Positions 44,640-59,872 are shown, counted from the first letter of the stretch. The stretch is DNA of 64,000 nucleotides from Schmidtea nova (GCA_044892505.1 CM097884.1:14012001-14076000), one strand, 5' to 3'. Translations and numbers: made by a program. Notes: generated by a model from the letters alone, not told the origin.

Positions 44640-45780
44640 GTCACATGAATTTGTGCTTTTTTATAGGAAAGGCATTGATCATGCGAATATAGATATGCTG
44701 TCAAGGAAAACATGCGGAATATGTATACAATGCATGATGGAACACGTAGAACTAAAAACCGGACAAGTAAAAACAAGATTACTAACAGTAACAACAGAAG
44801 ACAACATAAATAAGTCGCAAAATTGTAATGATGAGATAATAAAGAAATAAAGATTGAAATAGAAAAGTTCAAGATAGGAAGATTAATTATAAAAGAGAAT
44901 ACAATGTATACAAACAAGAACAAACTGTGGATACTAAAATCGATTAAGGACACACATTCAATGCCATGCCATGCAGGAACACAAAAAATAACAAACTATA
45001 TCCAACAAAATTTCGACATGAAAGATTTTGTAAAAGAAGTAAAATCAGTAATTGAAAACTGTATGGCATGTCAGAAAATGAAAACACTTACCATATAGAC
45101 AAAAGAAATGATCTATATAGATATATGTGGACCAATGAAAGAAACAATCAATAGAGAAAGATATATGTGGTATAATCGACCACTAAATTAAATACATTTT
45201 TTTGTCTGCTATGGCTAAACAAGATGAAAAAGCAATATTTAAGATTTTGCTAAACAAAAAAACTGCATGTAGGCTGTGGGAAATGTTTGAGTCAAACAGT
45301 TTTAAAAAATTGGAAAAGTCAACAGAAAATAAAATAGTGTTTTCAAGCCCATATCACCATAACACCAATGGACTAATAGAAAGACAGTTTCGTACAATCA
45401 GAGATTATATCAACGTGTTGTTAGGAGAACAAAGCAGAAAAAATTAGGCAGAAATATTAACGGAAATTGAATATACATTGAATGCGACAATACAGAAAGC
45501 TATTGGGGTAAGTCCGGCAGAAATCATTTTTGGAAGGGGAATTAATAGATTAAAATAGTATAGCAGTACTTCAATTAATAAATAAATAAAACTAAAGAGT
45601 GAGGAAACGGAAGTAACAAACGCAAAATAGATCAAAACAATAAAAAGTTTCAATGTAGGAGATAATATATTATTAAAGAGTGAGATTCGAAATAAAGACC
45701 AAGAAAGTTTTGAAAAAACATATATGATAATAAAGAAAAATCACGAAAGAAGCTGTTTATTAAGAGATAAAAAAGGCATT
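44640..45780 (+). pseudogene. Decayed Ty3/Gypsy pol remnant (RNase H end, integrase HHCC and DDE)
   Basis: YRKGIDHANIDMLSR; H..PCHAG...CMACQK; IYIDICGP; SPYHHNTNGLIERQFRTI. Confidence 0.8.
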
Positions 45781-46065
45781 ATATCTTCATCGGTAGCCAT
45801 TGAACCAAGCCAAGATATCGGGTCAATTATAGCTATGATCCACTTGGATCTCACTTTTTGTGGATATCCACCAATTTGTTACATTACCAACGTTGCTACA
45901 CAACAGGTAAAATGTGGTTTGTTAATGTTTGTATGCGGTTGTTATGGTTTAATCTTTTTACGCCGATTTTTGCATAATTAAAATAAAAATTTTTAACCTC
46001 AAAAGTCTTGCTTATAAAGTTACTTAATTATCATTTTTTCCCTTGAAATTTGAAATTTTACAGTA

Positions 46066-46067
<2 letters not shown>

Positions 46068-46127
<60 letters not shown>
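46068..46127. repeat. (TA)n microsatellite
   Basis: Direct reading. Confidence 0.98.
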
Positions 46128-46130
<3 letters not shown>

Positions 46131-46982
46131 CCATTAGGGGACACAGATAGGGATTTGAATTAGTAATTGATAGTTAAGCACAAACAAATATTTTCGAATG
46201 TATTTTACAAAATAAAAAAATACAAACATAAATGCATACAAAAATTAGTAATAAAATGCTTACGTTTCATTAAAATATTGGTTTCGGTTTCGCCAAAATT
46301 TTAAGTATTTTTCAATAAACATAGAAAAACACATGGTGTATGCTACGTGATACTTAAGACAGGTCATTGTCTATAACCCAAGATGACGAATGCACTTATA
46401 TAGGTACGAATATACTATAAAGCCGGAGATTTTTAAAAATTCACTGGGGTGAAAGGGTAAAGTTAAGGCCAAGTCGACATGTAATAATTCACTAATAAAT
46501 AATTTCATGATACATTATTTTGTTAAATAATGGGATCCGTGATTATGGTCGTGATAAAATAAAATGATATCGCAATTTTGAGTTATTTCAAATTAAATTA
46601 TATCAACAGTATAAATTTTTTATACTGACTGAATTTTATGATTGAATAAATCTCAATAATTTAATTTAAATATTTAATATTAACTTAATTTTATTAATTT
46701 TCATAAAAATTATTATTTTTTTAATATTTATAAAATGAACATGTAGAAATACTAAAATGAATTTAAAATTTCAAGTCATACCCATTTGGTATATTAATTA
46801 AAGATGATAGATTCTAGTGTTAACAACTTTCGTTGTTTAAATTCTTTATTTATAATATTTAGATTTACGTTGCTGTACATATTGACTTGTTGGAATTAAT
46901 TTATTGAATTTTTAAATCCATAATTAAAATTTATATATTATTTTCGAAATGTTTATCTGTTAAATATATTTTAGATTTTTTA

Positions 46983-48908
46983 ATGACAACTGATCAATCT
47001 TGTTATACATTAATAAATCTACCCAATGAAAGTGATGTTCCATCCGAACAGAAGCTGAAAGACGATCTTCAATCACCTGACATTAAATTAAAAACCAATG
47101 CTCTAAAGAGAGTAATTTTGATGATTTGCAATGGTGAAAAAATAAATAATCTTCTAATGATCGTCATAAGATTCGTAATGCCTTGTCAGAATCACACAGT
47201 GAAAAAATTGCTCCTACTTTTCTGGGAAGTCGTTCCGAAGTACGACAACAACGGTAAATTAGCACAGGAAATGATTCTCGTTTGCGATGCTTACCGTAAA
47301 GATCTTCAGCATCCCAACGAATTTATTCGTGGATCTACATTGAGATTTCTGTGCAAACTAAAAGAGCCTGAAGTTCTTGAGCCGTTAATGCCGTCTATTT
47401 TACAATGCTTGGAACATAGACATTCATATGTGAGACGGAATGCCGTTTTGGCTATTTTTACAATTTACAAAAATTTCAATTTCTTGATTCCTGATGCACC
47501 AGAGAAAATCCACACGTTTTTAGATCAAGAACAAGACGCATCTTGCAAGCGCAACGCGTTTATGATGCTTCTTCATGCCAGTCAGGAAACAGCATTAGAG
47601 TATTTGTCGACTTGCTTGGATCAAGTTCACACTTTCGGAGATATTTTACAGTTGATTATTGTGGAATTAATTTATAAAGTCTGTCACTCAAATCCCCAAG
47701 AAAGAGCACGTTTCATTCGTTGTGTGTACAATTTACTTCAATCCAGCAGCCCATCGGTGAGATACGAAGCTGCTGGAACACTGATTACATTGACTAGTGC
47801 AGCAGCCGCAATTAAAGCCGTTGCGAGTTGTTATATTGATCTGATACTAAAAGAAAGTGATAACAATGTCAAATTGATTGTACTCGATAGATTAGTAGGA
47901 TTGAGAGAAAACCACGAGAAAGAATTGCAAACACTCGTGATGGATGTGTTGAGAATACTGAGTTCTTCCGATTTGGAAGTTCGGAAAAAAACATTGAAAC
48001 TCTGTTTGGATTTAATGACAAATCGTACTGCAGAAGAGTTGATTAATGTTCTAAGGAAGGAAGTTATTAAAATTTGTAGCAATGAAAACGGTGACAGTGG
48101 AGTCGATGAGAAAATGTATCGGTATTATTTAGTCAATACGATTTATTTTGCATGTGTAAGATATCCGGAAATGATTCCTACAGTTGTTCCGACTCTTTGT
48201 GAATTGTTGACTTACGAAATCGAATATCAGGAATTTAATGGTGCCGATGAAGTTTGCAAGTTTCTGAGGGAAGTTATTCAGAAATATCCTCAATATAAAT
48301 CGTTAATCATTGAGAAATTGATGGAGTTCTATCCTAATATCCGTTGTCGAGAAGTACTTCGACACACGATGTGGATAATGGGCGAATATTGCACAACAAT
48401 TGAGGAGATAGAAAATTTTGTCAATCTTATTTATCAGGTTCTCGGATCGGTTCCGTTAGTGGAGGAAGAAATCAAGCGAATTAGTGGAGAAAATAATGAA
48501 GAATCGGCATTATTGGCAGCTGATGGTGGGATAGCGGCTGCTAGCCAGGCTTGTAAAGTTACAGCTGATGGCACTTACGCTACACAGACGGCTTTAACGT
48601 CGACTAAACCAAATAAAAGGACGTCTTCAACAGAAAATATCAAACGACCTACGTTGCAAGCATCGTTGTTTACACCAGATTTCATGCCCGGTGTTACTTT
48701 AAGTGTAGCATTGGTGAAGGTTTTTTGTCGATTGTCGGAAGCGCTTAGAGAATCAGGAAAAAGTCAGGAGGAAATTATTAAGAAAGAAAATTCATTTGCT
48801 GCAGAATGTATGCTGATCATAGCAAGCATGATCAATCTTGGCAAATCGGATTTGCTACCTCACAGCGTTTGCCCAGATCTCTTAGATAGGATGTGGTTCT
48901 GTCTCAAG
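46983..48908 (+). CDS. COPB1: Coatomer subunit beta, coding exon 1
   Basis: CYTLIN...[28 protein letters not shown]...[35 protein letters not shown]; donor AAG|GT at 48909. Confidence 0.95.
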
Positions 48909-49632
48909 GTTATTTATTATTTGCTTCTGTTTTTATTATTATGATTATACCATTTGTTACTTTCTTTCATTCGAGGAATTTTTATACTTACAAATGATTT
49001 TAATATACTATACAATTATTCGATTTTTTGGAAATCGATATTACTTACAAATGTTTAATATATTTAATGCATGTTAGAAATTTATTAATTTGCAAACTTG
49101 TGGTCGGGATTTAATGTATTAATTGTAAATCATTGTTACCCAAAACTGAAATGAATCAAGAAACAAACACGTAGATATGGGTCTTTTACTTTGTAAGACA
49201 GTACTGTACAGCCAGAGCAATTTAATATAAACGTTTATGAGCCAGGATGTAATTTTATCGCTGATTTCAATGTATTATGTGCATATAATTAGCTACCAAA
49301 TTTTTTTTGAAAAAATTGATCGCCATATCACAATGCGCTATATGGACGAGAATTACTGACTTAAAAGATCTCTATTTTTGGATATACAAATATATATATA
49401 TATAATAGGAAAAATGTTTCAGACAATGTAGTATGTCCGCTCTAGGCTAGGGAGCGGTTAGAGCTATCGTCTTGAAACTTTCGTTATTTGGTAGATACAT
49501 CTTTAACGAGGAACCCTATTGATTTGTGAGGTAAATCGTGTGATGGCTTCATTTTTAGTGAGCAAAAGTGAGGTAAAGTCAGAATTTTTAGAATTTTTTT
49601 AATACATTTTCTAACATAACTCAATTTATACT

Positions 49633-49784
49633 NNNNNNNNNNNNNNNNNNNNNNNNNNNNNNNNNNNNNNNNNNNNNNNNNNNNNNNNNNNNNNNNNNNN
49701 NNNNNNNNNNNNNNNNNNNNNNNNNNNNNNNNNNNNNNNNNNNNNNNNNNNNNNNNNNNNNNNNNNNNNNNNNNNNNNNNNNNN
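49633..49784. other. Assembly gap
   Basis: N characters. Confidence 1.
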
Positions 49785-50458
49785 CATCAATCATTATCGA
49801 TATAATCATCATCATCCATCATCAGCATCATCATTTGTGTTCTATTTATTTAATTTTGTAATAATAAACTTCCTTTAATTTGAATTTTTTTGTAAGTTAA
49901 TGTTTTTTTCTATAAAATCGTTATTAATGAAATTTTATTTGTCAGATCGCGACGAAATTTGGGAAGTTGTTGTTTCCGTGCCGGTGGTGTTAAGTTTCTG
50001 TATCTCATGTATAAAAATTTCTTTAGGGGCATTGCAACGCATGCCGGGATTTCGCTAGTCTGTAATAAAAAATAAAAATTAACCCGTTCAATTGGCAAAA
50101 CCTAGTAAAATTATCAGTGTCTTTAGAAAGTACAATTTTTCCTAATATCCACTGAAATCACTTAACGTTTTAGTTCAAACTATAAGCTTTTCAAATTAAA
50201 ATCATTTCTGCTAAAAATTGATGTTTTTTCTTTTGGTAGATGAAAAGACCGATGAAAAGACCGATGAAATTTATTGCCTGCCTAGTTTTCCATGATAGTT
50301 CTGGCAATTTTCAAGAAATGCTAATGTTATTTGATAAATAAACACGAATCAAATTTTAGGAACTAATACATCTAAGTCTCAACACTTTCAAGACCCCGAC
50401 TGACCTTGAAAACTATCTTTCCATCACCAGGGAAAAGCGAATAATGAAACAGGAAAAT

Positions 50459-50983
50459 TTATTGGACTCTTATTAGTAATGAAAAACAATTTCCATAATT
50501 AATACTGGTTTTGTCAGCCTGTCGTTGGCTGTCCTTGGGGTCCTCTGAAACTGTCGATGTATGACACTGCCGGCTCCCTCGACCTGTTAGTGAGGCGAAT
50601 CCTGGCTCGAGGAATTGCAAACGTGGAAATAGAACCATGTTAAAGGCTAATTTGCTTAATTCAGAATTCGATTGACCAGGGAATTCCAAACATGCCGTCC
50701 CTCCACTCTTTGCAGCGCTCATCAAATGATTCAAATCCCCGTAAGCTGAAGTTGTCAATTTCCTTACGTATGATCTCGCATCTGTGAATACCTCTAATTC
50801 CATCAGACGTTCGATTCGTCGGAGTTTGATCATTTCATCGCCATCGAGATTGTATTGAATTGCTGAATCGCAATCCTTGAGAGCATCGGAATAGTTACCA
50901 AGTTTCATCAATGAAAACCCTTCCTTGATGATTTCGCCACAATCAAGACAAAGAAATTTGGCAAATTCCAAACGATTTATCAT
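50459..50983 (-). CDS. Small TPR-containing ORF nested antisense in COPB1 intron 1 (gene or fragment)
   Basis: [24 protein letters not shown] resembles a TPR helix pair; TATCAG|TGCACAATG upstream. Confidence 0.35.
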   Translation of the reverse strand: MINRLEFAKFLCLDCGEIIKEGFSLMKLGNYSDALKDCDSAIQYNLDGDEMIKLRRIERLMELEVFTDARSYVRKLTTSAYGDLNHLMSAAKSGGTACLEFPGQSNSELSKLAFNMVLFPRLQFLEPGFASLTGRGSRQCHTSTVSEDPKDSQRQADKTSINYGNCFSLLIRVQ

Positions 50984-52059
50984 TGTGCACTGATATATTT
51001 TACTTTAAAATATCTACGTCAACAACAATACAAACTGAGACGAAGTCGCAATTCCAAACCAGTTTTATATTATCAAAAACAAAAACAATGTTCTAATTTA
51101 TCGGAGTCACACAAAGACCTTCGAAATTCCCACCAAATCGAAATCACAAAAAGTTCAGTAAAATACAATTCCAAATGTTTTTTAATCCAAATGGAAATAC
51201 ACCAAAATTCCCCAATTAGAACTCACAAAGCGAAACTAATTAAACTCACCAAATCTCAAAAATTCCGCCCAAAAAAAAAATAATAATAATCAAGTAAAAC
51301 AAACTGTCAATGTTTTAACAAAACTCCAATTTCCATCGATTTATTTTAACTCCAAAGTTATTTGAACATTCTCGCGTCTGTGTGTGCACCCGACCAATCA
51401 CTCCACCCATAAAAACTATCGCGTACACAGACGCGATGAAATTTATTCTGCCAATGTCCAATTGATTTCATTTTTTAAAGAAAAATCGCATTTTCCATAT
51501 TTTCAGAACATTGGAGCAAATAAAACAATCATTATGCCAAAGTAACCCTTCAAATGATGCTTGTTTCTGATGAATATCAATCGAATTGTCACACTTATTA
51601 CAAAAAAATTCATTCATTGTATCCATCAATTTAAAAATCTAATATTTTAGCATTACAGACATCCCAATATAAAACAAATTAACCAATTAAAACAGGACAA
51701 AAATATAGGAAAAATTGTTTCCTTATATTGATCGAAATATTGTATTAAAATCCATACATATAAGATTTATATAGATTTCGATAAGACCGTCTAACGGCCT
51801 CAGGCCTCCAGGCTCGCCCCACAATCTCTCACACCAATCAAGCCCCACTGAATCATTTAATTTTAATTTTAAATTATTTTTTAAATATTTTATAAAGCGG
51901 GCGCGACCAAATACAATATATGATTGGCCTGTAAGTTTTACAACTGATAAGTATTAAATTAAATAAATTTGCTTTTCCGAAACATGAAATGGACTTTTTA
52001 GAGGAATAATTTTTTAGAAAGGAAAAAATTATGAGAAGATGGAAAAATATTTTATTGGG

Positions 52060-52490
52060 TTAATAATTGTTAATAATAATTGTTACATTATCTGAAAGCC
52101 CGTTCGTTTTTTCAATCATTTTAACATCTATGAATTATTTATTCTCCGCCATTGTTTACAACTTGCCTTCACCGTTCCTCCGATTTGTTGATTCCGTTTC
52201 TCCAAAAACTCCTAGTCTAGTCATGAAGTGGTTTTCAAACCATTTCTTGAGGTCTTCATTGTTGTTGAAAGTATAACGCACTTTTGTTTGAAAACGAGTG
52301 GGAAAAGTGGTTATCCGACGGAGCATAGTCTGGACTGTATGAAGGGTGCGTCAAAATCTCCGAGTCGAGCTCCAGAATGACAGTCTGTATGAATTGTGCA
52401 GTGATTGATAAAGCGTCGCCATGTTGCAGAATCGCTTGACTTTGGCGAACAGTTGACTTCTGCTTAGTCGAAACAAAAGTCGCTGCCAAA
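52060..52490 (-). mobile_element. Mariner transposase C-terminal remnant
   Basis: ILTHPSYSPDYAPSDNH motif. Confidence 0.75.
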
Positions 52491-52712
52491 TTTTTATTAG
52501 GTGAACATTTTCGATTAAGAGATTGATAATGATTATTTTGAAATCGAAAATTTTATTATTATTATTTATTATTTAATTAATGATGCATTTGATAAGGTCT
52601 CCTTATATTCTAATTTTTTTCTAAAGTTATTGCCATTCTTGAATTTTTAAAATCTTAATAATGACTAATTGATTGAAATGAAAATAAATTTGTAATAAAT
52701 ATTACGTAACAG

Positions 52713-53252
52713 GCTTTAGCTGATCGCAATTTCACCATTTTGAAAGCAATGCAAAAAATGTGTCGTGCAAAACTCATTGAAATGATTAATTCACAAGACG
52801 CTGAACGCCGCGAAATCGATAAAACGGGAGAATCTCTCATACAAACTAGACCGGCTCCAAAAATAATTCAACCAGATAGTCCAGTTCACTTTTCATTGTT
52901 GGCCAACAAAAATGAACTGAATGAGTTAATCGATCGATTTGATCTTACTATGAGTCAAGCTCTTGGAGATACCGGAACATTTGGAAAAGATAAAAGCGAT
53001 ATTTTTAGTACTTCTAAGCTTAGCAAAGTTACCCAATTGACGGGTTTCTCTGATCCGATTTATGCCGAAGCCTACGTACATGTTAATCAATATGATATTG
53101 TACTCGACATCTTCGTCGTAAACCAAACTTCAGATACTCTTCAAAATCTAACTGTTGAATTGGCAACTCTTGGGGATCTTAAACTAGTAGAAAAGCCATC
53201 TCCTCTCACTATGGGACCTCATGATTTTACAAATATCAAGGCTAACATCAAG
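52713..53252 (+). CDS. COPB1: Coatomer subunit beta, coding exon 2
   Basis: Acceptor TAACAG|GCT; QPDSPVHF...[30 protein letters not shown]...[14 protein letters not shown]; donor AAG|GT at 53253. Confidence 0.93.
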
Positions 53253-54822
53253 GTTCGTTTAATTATCGAAAATGGTTAAATAATTTCATATTAATTTACC
53301 AAATGTTACTCGCTAATTAATTTATAAATTATTTTATTAACACATATTGCCTCCGATAATTATAAAGCATTAATTTCCGCGTATTTTTAATATTATTTTA
53401 TAATTTATTGAAGATATTCAAGAGTCTATAACATTTAACAACTATAATATTTTTACATGAACTTGTATGTTTGACGCGAATTCTGGGGAAATGAAAGACT
53501 CCAATCTACGTCTACAGTTAATCCGATGTGTTAATTATAATTGAAATTATTATCTAATACACTCATCCCTCGCTTTTACTTTTACATTATTTTATAAAGC
53601 TTAGCGCGCGCCTTAATTTTTGACACAATTTTTAAAGAAAAGAAGTTTTAAAGAAAACTTTAGATGAAAAACATTTTTTGAAAAAACAGAATATAATGGT
53701 AAACATTTTATTCATTATAAAAGCTACGAAATTCTTCTCAGTTCCATTCAGAACATTCTCAATTCCTATCTTGAATGAATTCTCAATGATTTCTTTCGTG
53801 ATATCTTTCCAAGCCCTGAGTCAATGCTAAGAGCCATATATTATACTTGATAAAAGATGGTACAAAATTTTCAATATATCCTCTATATACTTGAAAAATG
53901 TATCCACTTTACTCAATAAAATACGATATTTCTCATTTTCCTTATACGGTTAACAAATCATAAAAATAGAGGAAACCCCGGTATTTTAACCTGTAATTTT
54001 TATGTTTTTATTTAATCTTTACAAAGATTTGAATTTTGTATTTTCAGTAAATGTTATTATTATTTTTGTAATTTTTCATCTATTTTATATATGCATTTTT
54101 GTACTGATTAATAATGAAATATATAAATACAAAGTAATGCACCAAATTATGCATTTTCATAAACATTTCTTAAAATATATAATCAAATTTGTATGGAAAA
54201 TATGCAGATATATGATTCGTTTTTCGGAATTTTGTTTTACGCCATACGTTCCAGGAATGTATTTAGACGTGTTGCGAGGTATGAGTGTATATAAAATGCC
54301 AAGATAATAATAATTTAATGTTTTTAATATAATAATTAATATTTAGTGACAATTAATGTTTTTCACGAATTTATAAAAATTCATTTTTTTTACAACAGCT
54401 GATTTGATTTAACACGAGTTGCTGAAATTCTAAAAAAATTTAAAGTTTTTATATAATCATATATACACAATAATAATTAATAAAATGAGTGAAATAAACT
54501 AAGTACCACACTAACCAAATAGACATCAAAAATGCCTGTCAGGAATTTTCTTTTATCTTAAATATCAGCACCAAAAGTTACCAGTGGTAATTTTGTTCAA
54601 GAGATCCCAGAATTTCATCAATAGAGAAAGAAGACGATGTTCTAGTTATTTCTAATGTTTGTAGTGATATCCGAGTCTTACACAAACGCTTGTACTGTTT
54701 CTTGTCAGAAACTGACACCGAATTCTCCGGGAACTATCATATAAAAACCGAATTACATAACAATATATTATTTCCTTAAATTTTTATTTGATATTCATGC
54801 TCCACCTTTGTACGGCACAATA

Positions 54823-55968
54823 CGAGGTGCATTCAATAAGTACCCGGCCTAACTAAGAAATAAAGAAGATAACCATATGAAACATTTTTTGAAACTAAAC
54901 AAACACATATACTTCTCATTTCTTAACATAGCCGCCATTTTTAAGAACACATTTTTTCCATCGATGAAAGAGATCCAAAATAGCATTTTCAAAAAAATTT
55001 GGGGTACATTATCGAAAGAATTCTTCCACAAAATCTTTCAATTCCGCTTTCTCTGATAAATTCTTGCCTCACATGTGCTTCTTCAAATGACTGAAAAGCC
55101 AAAAATCACTTGGCGCAAGGTCTGGACTATATGGTGGATGATCCAGAAGCACAAGTCCTGAGTTTTCAATTGTGATCTTCGTTATTTGTGCCGTGTGAAC
55201 AGGGGCATTATCATGCAGGAACCACAGTGGAATATTTCGTTGCTTCCGTCTTTTTGCTTTAGCAGATGCCACAAGGTTACTGAAATATCCAGCATTGATT
55301 TTAGTTCCTTTCTCAGCAAAGTCCATAAGGATAATCCCCTTTTGATCCCAAAAAATGGATAACATCATGATCATTCGATGGGATGTCCCTGAATTCATCT
55401 TTAATGATGGCTTCTCTCCAGGCAACTTCCACTCGGTAGACAAGTTAATAAACGAGAGACGAACCTGGAACACAATTTTCGTATACCTATAGCTTTCAGT
55501 TTAGAGTGTACTGTTCCAACGCTGACTTTTAGATGAGTAGAGAGCAAGTTCGTCGTTATTCTGCGCTCTTGCACAATTTGCAGTAATTTTTCATCGACAG
55601 AATCAGATATTTCTTGTGGTCTCATTGGCTTTTCATCATCAAATACTGATGTGCGTCCACTTAAATTCTCGAGTCCAGTATTTTATAGTCGTTAGTTTGG
55701 TCATTTGATTTATATGTTGACTGGAGCTGAGAAACAATTTCACCGTACTTTCTACCTTGTAAAACGAAAAACTTTATAACACTACGATATTCTATCTCCG
55801 AAACCATAAATTTTAAAATTGTGCCTAAATTGTAACTAATAAATATTATGAAATAAAACAAAATAATTTTTTCTTACCTATATTTAATTAAGTATTAAAT
55901 GAAAAATGTTTCATATGGTTATTTTATTTATTTCTTAGTTAGGTCGGGTACTTATTGAATGCACCTCG
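54823..55968 (-). mobile_element. Defective mariner element with long TIRs in COPB1 intron 2
   Basis: TIR CGAGGTGCATTCAATAAGTACCCG...; flanks TA / CA; frameshifted transposase with LHDNAPVH and HPPYSPDLAPSDF; the first catalytic D region is not seen. Confidence 0.92.
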
Positions 55969-56505
55969 CAGTAAGTGACATTTTGTTGTCACCGCACGAT
56001 AAATAAAATCAAACGGCAAGGGTGTTTTTCTTTTTTCATTCCGATTTAACAATCGGACACAATTACACAGGCACAAAAGTCATATTGATTCACACCTGCT
56101 ACAGTTTTGCCATCTATCTTCGGTATATACAACTTGACGAGTACTTTTTGCTTACATTTTAATCATTATAGCAAATTAATACAAGTGTTATGTATACATT
56201 TAAAACCGATCATTTTTACTGAAAGAAATCGGCTTTCGAATTCCATTTTTTTCTTTTAAAAACCGATAAACCCTTTTCCAAACCAAACAAGTGAAAATGA
56301 ATAGTATTTATCCTATCATATATTAAAGACAAAATTCCACCAGTATTCAAACACTGTAGTGCAGTAAAACAATCTCAAAAAACCAAAGTTAGACTTCATA
56401 AAATGTAAATTTCTTTTTCACTTAAATAAAGGGCGATATACATTTTGGTCCATTTCTTTGTAAATATATCCAGATATTTATTAAATTGTTTTTTAAAAAA
56501 TTTAG

Positions 56506-57021
56506 GTATCTTCAAGTGAAAATGGTATAATTTTTGGTAATATAGTTTATGATGTTAGTGGCGCTGCTGGGGAATGCAATTGTGTGGTATTGAATGATAT
56601 TCATATAGATATTCTGGAATACATTATGCCTGCATCTTGTTCTCGTAGTCATTATAGAAAGATGTGGAATGAATTTGAATGGGAAAATAAAGTTACAGTT
56701 AACACAAAAATTAGGGATCTTCATCAATATCTGAACCATATTACTAAAAACACAAATATGCGATGCTTAACTCCACCGGAAGCTCTTGATGGGGAATGTG
56801 ATTATCTGTGTGTTACTTTGTATGCTAAAAGCATTTTCGGGGAACACGTGCTAGCAAATATCTGTTTAGAAAAGCCACCAGGAAATGAACCGGTTACCGG
56901 TCATGTGAGAATTCGTGCAAAGAGTCAAGGTATGGCTGTGACAATGGGTGAAAAAATAAGTGCTGCCCAAAAACAAATGCCAGTTGTCGAAATTGCGGAA
57001 CCTGAGAAATTGGATGATTAG
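56506..57021 (+). CDS. COPB1: Coatomer subunit beta, coding exon 3 (spliced product 993 aa)
   Basis: Acceptor TTTAG|GTA; [17 protein letters not shown]...[11 protein letters not shown]...[13 protein letters not shown]; stop TAG. Frames join in phase 0. Confidence 0.93.
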   Translation, partial: VSSSENGIIFGNIVYDVSGAAGECNCVVLNDIHIDILEYIMPASCSRSHYRKMWNEFEWENKVTVNTKIRDLHQYLNHITKNTNMRCLTPPEALDGECDYLCVTLYAKSIFGEHVLANICLEKPPGNEPVTGHVRIRAKSQGMAVTMGEKISAAQKQMPVVEIAEPEKLDD

Positions 57022-57543
57022 GCACTCTTGAAATGAACATTGATGTTTTTGAATAAAGATAATTTTTGGTATTTGCTTTTGAATAAACATTTTAAATCGT
57101 TTCACTTAATTTTTATTTATTTGAAATTGTATTCATAATTTATTTTTGCGGATTGACAATGATTGAAAATATTAAATATTACATAAAGCCAGTCAAATGA
57201 AGGTAGTATCTTTTTGAATTTATATTAAAAAGTAGTTGGAGATGGATGGAAAGGCGTTGGCATTTTATATAACTGTATGAGTATAGATCAAATTTTTTTG
57301 GTTAAGTACACAATTTTGATCTTTAGTCATACAATTATGAAAATTATTGATATAAATAAAGAGATCAAAGGCGAAACCAAGAGATATTTGGGATATTACT
57401 TTAAATTTGTAATTATCTGACAAGACTTTTGGATATTAGAATCAAAAGTTGAGGGTGTGGATACCAAATTCAGTTTTATATCTTGATTTTAAGGAATTTC
57501 CACAATTAATATATTTTATTTTGTGATTTTTGTACAGAAATGA

Positions 57544-57570
57544 AGGACAGCGCCGGGTAGCCCAACTAGT
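57544..57570 (+). mobile_element. Possible Helitron 3' terminus
   Basis: GGACAGCGCCGGGT...CTAG|T resembles invertebrate Helitron 3' ends; 5' end not found. Confidence 0.35.
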
Positions 57571-59859
57571 ATAGAATAAAAATGAATGACTTCATTTCAT
57601 CCTTATTACAGAAGTTTATATGGCACTTAACCAATTTTGGATAGCTGGATAGTTGCCATTTTATTTCCTAAAATATAGGACGAGGATTGGTACATAATTA
57701 AAAAATATAAAGGAATATAAAAAACAAAATCGTTAAGTTATAATAACTTCTTAATTTTTTTCAAGAAAGTTCATAATTTATCTCTGTTTTTTCGGAAGCT
57801 TGGCAATAAATGCTTTAAATCTCTTAAAATTTACTCACCTCATCTACGAACGGTTGCTGGCTTTTTTGCGAGGGCAATAGACATGATTGTTTTAAATTAA
57901 TGGTTAACACACAATATCGTAGGTACCAGCAATTCATCACCTAACTGATTTGCAGCTTACATTTAGACGTTTGTACTGTAAAGTGATTTAATGTTGAATT
58001 AATTTAATAAAACTTTGTAGTTTAATTTTTAAACTTTATGCTGTTTTATTATCACAATAGTGTTGGGTTATTGGGTTGTTGGTGAATTGATAAAAGTTAC
58101 CAATCAAATATCTGACTCCAAATCGTGCCTTTTAATGACCCACAGTATAACAATTTTCAATGACACAAACTTTTATTTATTATTACAATGAATTACATGA
58201 TTCAAAATGTCACGATCAATTCAATACCTATTTAGACAAATATACGAGCTTATTACAACACTTCGTGAAGAATAGCTCTATTGTATGTCTAGAAAACAAC
58301 TACTAACCACTGATTTGGATTAATTATTGGTAATTGATTTCGATTGTTTCCGCGCTTTGTTGACTATTCTTCACTCAATATTCTTTGGCTTTTTAAATTC
58401 TCATCTGCTTAGCTTCCTTTACCTTTGCAACACAAATTTTATTTCTGCAACTGATTCAATCGACGAATTTTTTTCGTATATCAAATTTCTCCTTTCGTAT
58501 TTCAAATTCGCTTCGTATTTTCCACTTCAATTTTTCAATTTCACTTTTGTTCGAGTTTCAATTTTTCTCTTTATTAATTTCAAATTCTCTAACAAATTTG
58601 GTCTAACAAATTCTTTTAACAACTTCTAATTCAATTCTTCCTTCTCACGATTTCTGATTCTCTAATGATTCACTATTTCTGATTCTCCCACAACTTCTGT
58701 CTGAAACTTGTTTGTCCTCTTTTATAACTCGTCAAATTTTGTAGTATTAGAGATAATTTTGTTTTTCTTGCATTTTTCCCGGACATCTCGTGTTTTTCTC
58801 CCAATACCCGTTTTATCTATGACAGCTGTCTAGATTATTTCAGATTTCACTTTTTCCTTTTTAAGCCGACTTTTATCCGCACTCCTGTTATCTGACAAGC
58901 TGTCAAGATTTTATTTTCCTATTTGTTTTTGTTTTCGTTTTGAAAATTCCTTTCGAGTTTTTGTACTTACTTATTAGGAATGATCTTTGTTCTTGATTTC
59001 TTGTTGATCTCTTTTGTTTGTTCCCAACTTCTCATTTTATAATTTTCAGCTGTGTCTTTTTTTTCTTTTCCGGCTTCCAAAAGATTACATTATTCGTCCA
59101 ATTAATTTCCCCCAGGTAATTTTATTATTTATATATTACTTTGTATTTTAGGTATCCTCAACAATAGTAAGCATAACATCGTAATGATTATAAAGTGAGT
59201 GGTTAGGAAGAAGCGAAAGGGTAAAGTAGACGAGTGTAAACAAGCCATAGTGGATCATAGTCCCAAGATCGGTCGATGAATATTTAACCAAATGATAAAT
59301 TAAGCAAAACGTAATATTATCCATAAGTCGGAAGGAGTAATTAAAGCAAAAGGGTTGGCTTAAAAAAGACACCCATCCAGTATTTTGTTTTTTGTTTGTC
59401 AGGATGTAACACAGTTTGTTGAAGGGGTCATCATCCTTAAAAATTTCCTCTATTTGGTCTGTTTTTCGCTTAATTTACTATTGAGAAATGCGGCTATAAT
59501 ATTGGAGCACAAAGCTTTTGCATATTTGATTCCTAACAAGGTTAGGGTTAATTTGGCGAATTCCAGTCATTTTTGTGGAGTCCCATTTTTGTCGGTAAAA
59601 TAATTTGGGATGTTCAGTTTTGGGTTTATTACAAAATTATTTGTGTGTGTCTTGTCTGTGTTAAAATAATAATGGCTATTTTCTCTTTGTAGTTGGGTAT
59701 TTTCCTCGTTATTGAATGGTATTATTGGGTTTGATTGTTAATTGATTTTTTGACAATACAAATAAGATACTACGACATAAATAATAGAACATAATAACTT
59801 CTCAACACAAATAAAAAACCAAATAAAATATTACAATACAAATAATTGATCATAATAAT

Positions 59860-59872
59860 TGGTGTCAGAAGT
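59860..59872 (+). promoter_or_regulatory. Gypsy-type PBS-like motif of a decayed element
   Basis: AAT|TGGTGTCAGAAGT following an A-rich, LTR-end-like tract. Confidence 0.35.

Noticed and set aside
58100-59750. K/E-rich minus-strand gag-like remnant
   Set aside because: Multiple stops and no diagnostic motif; could not be assigned.
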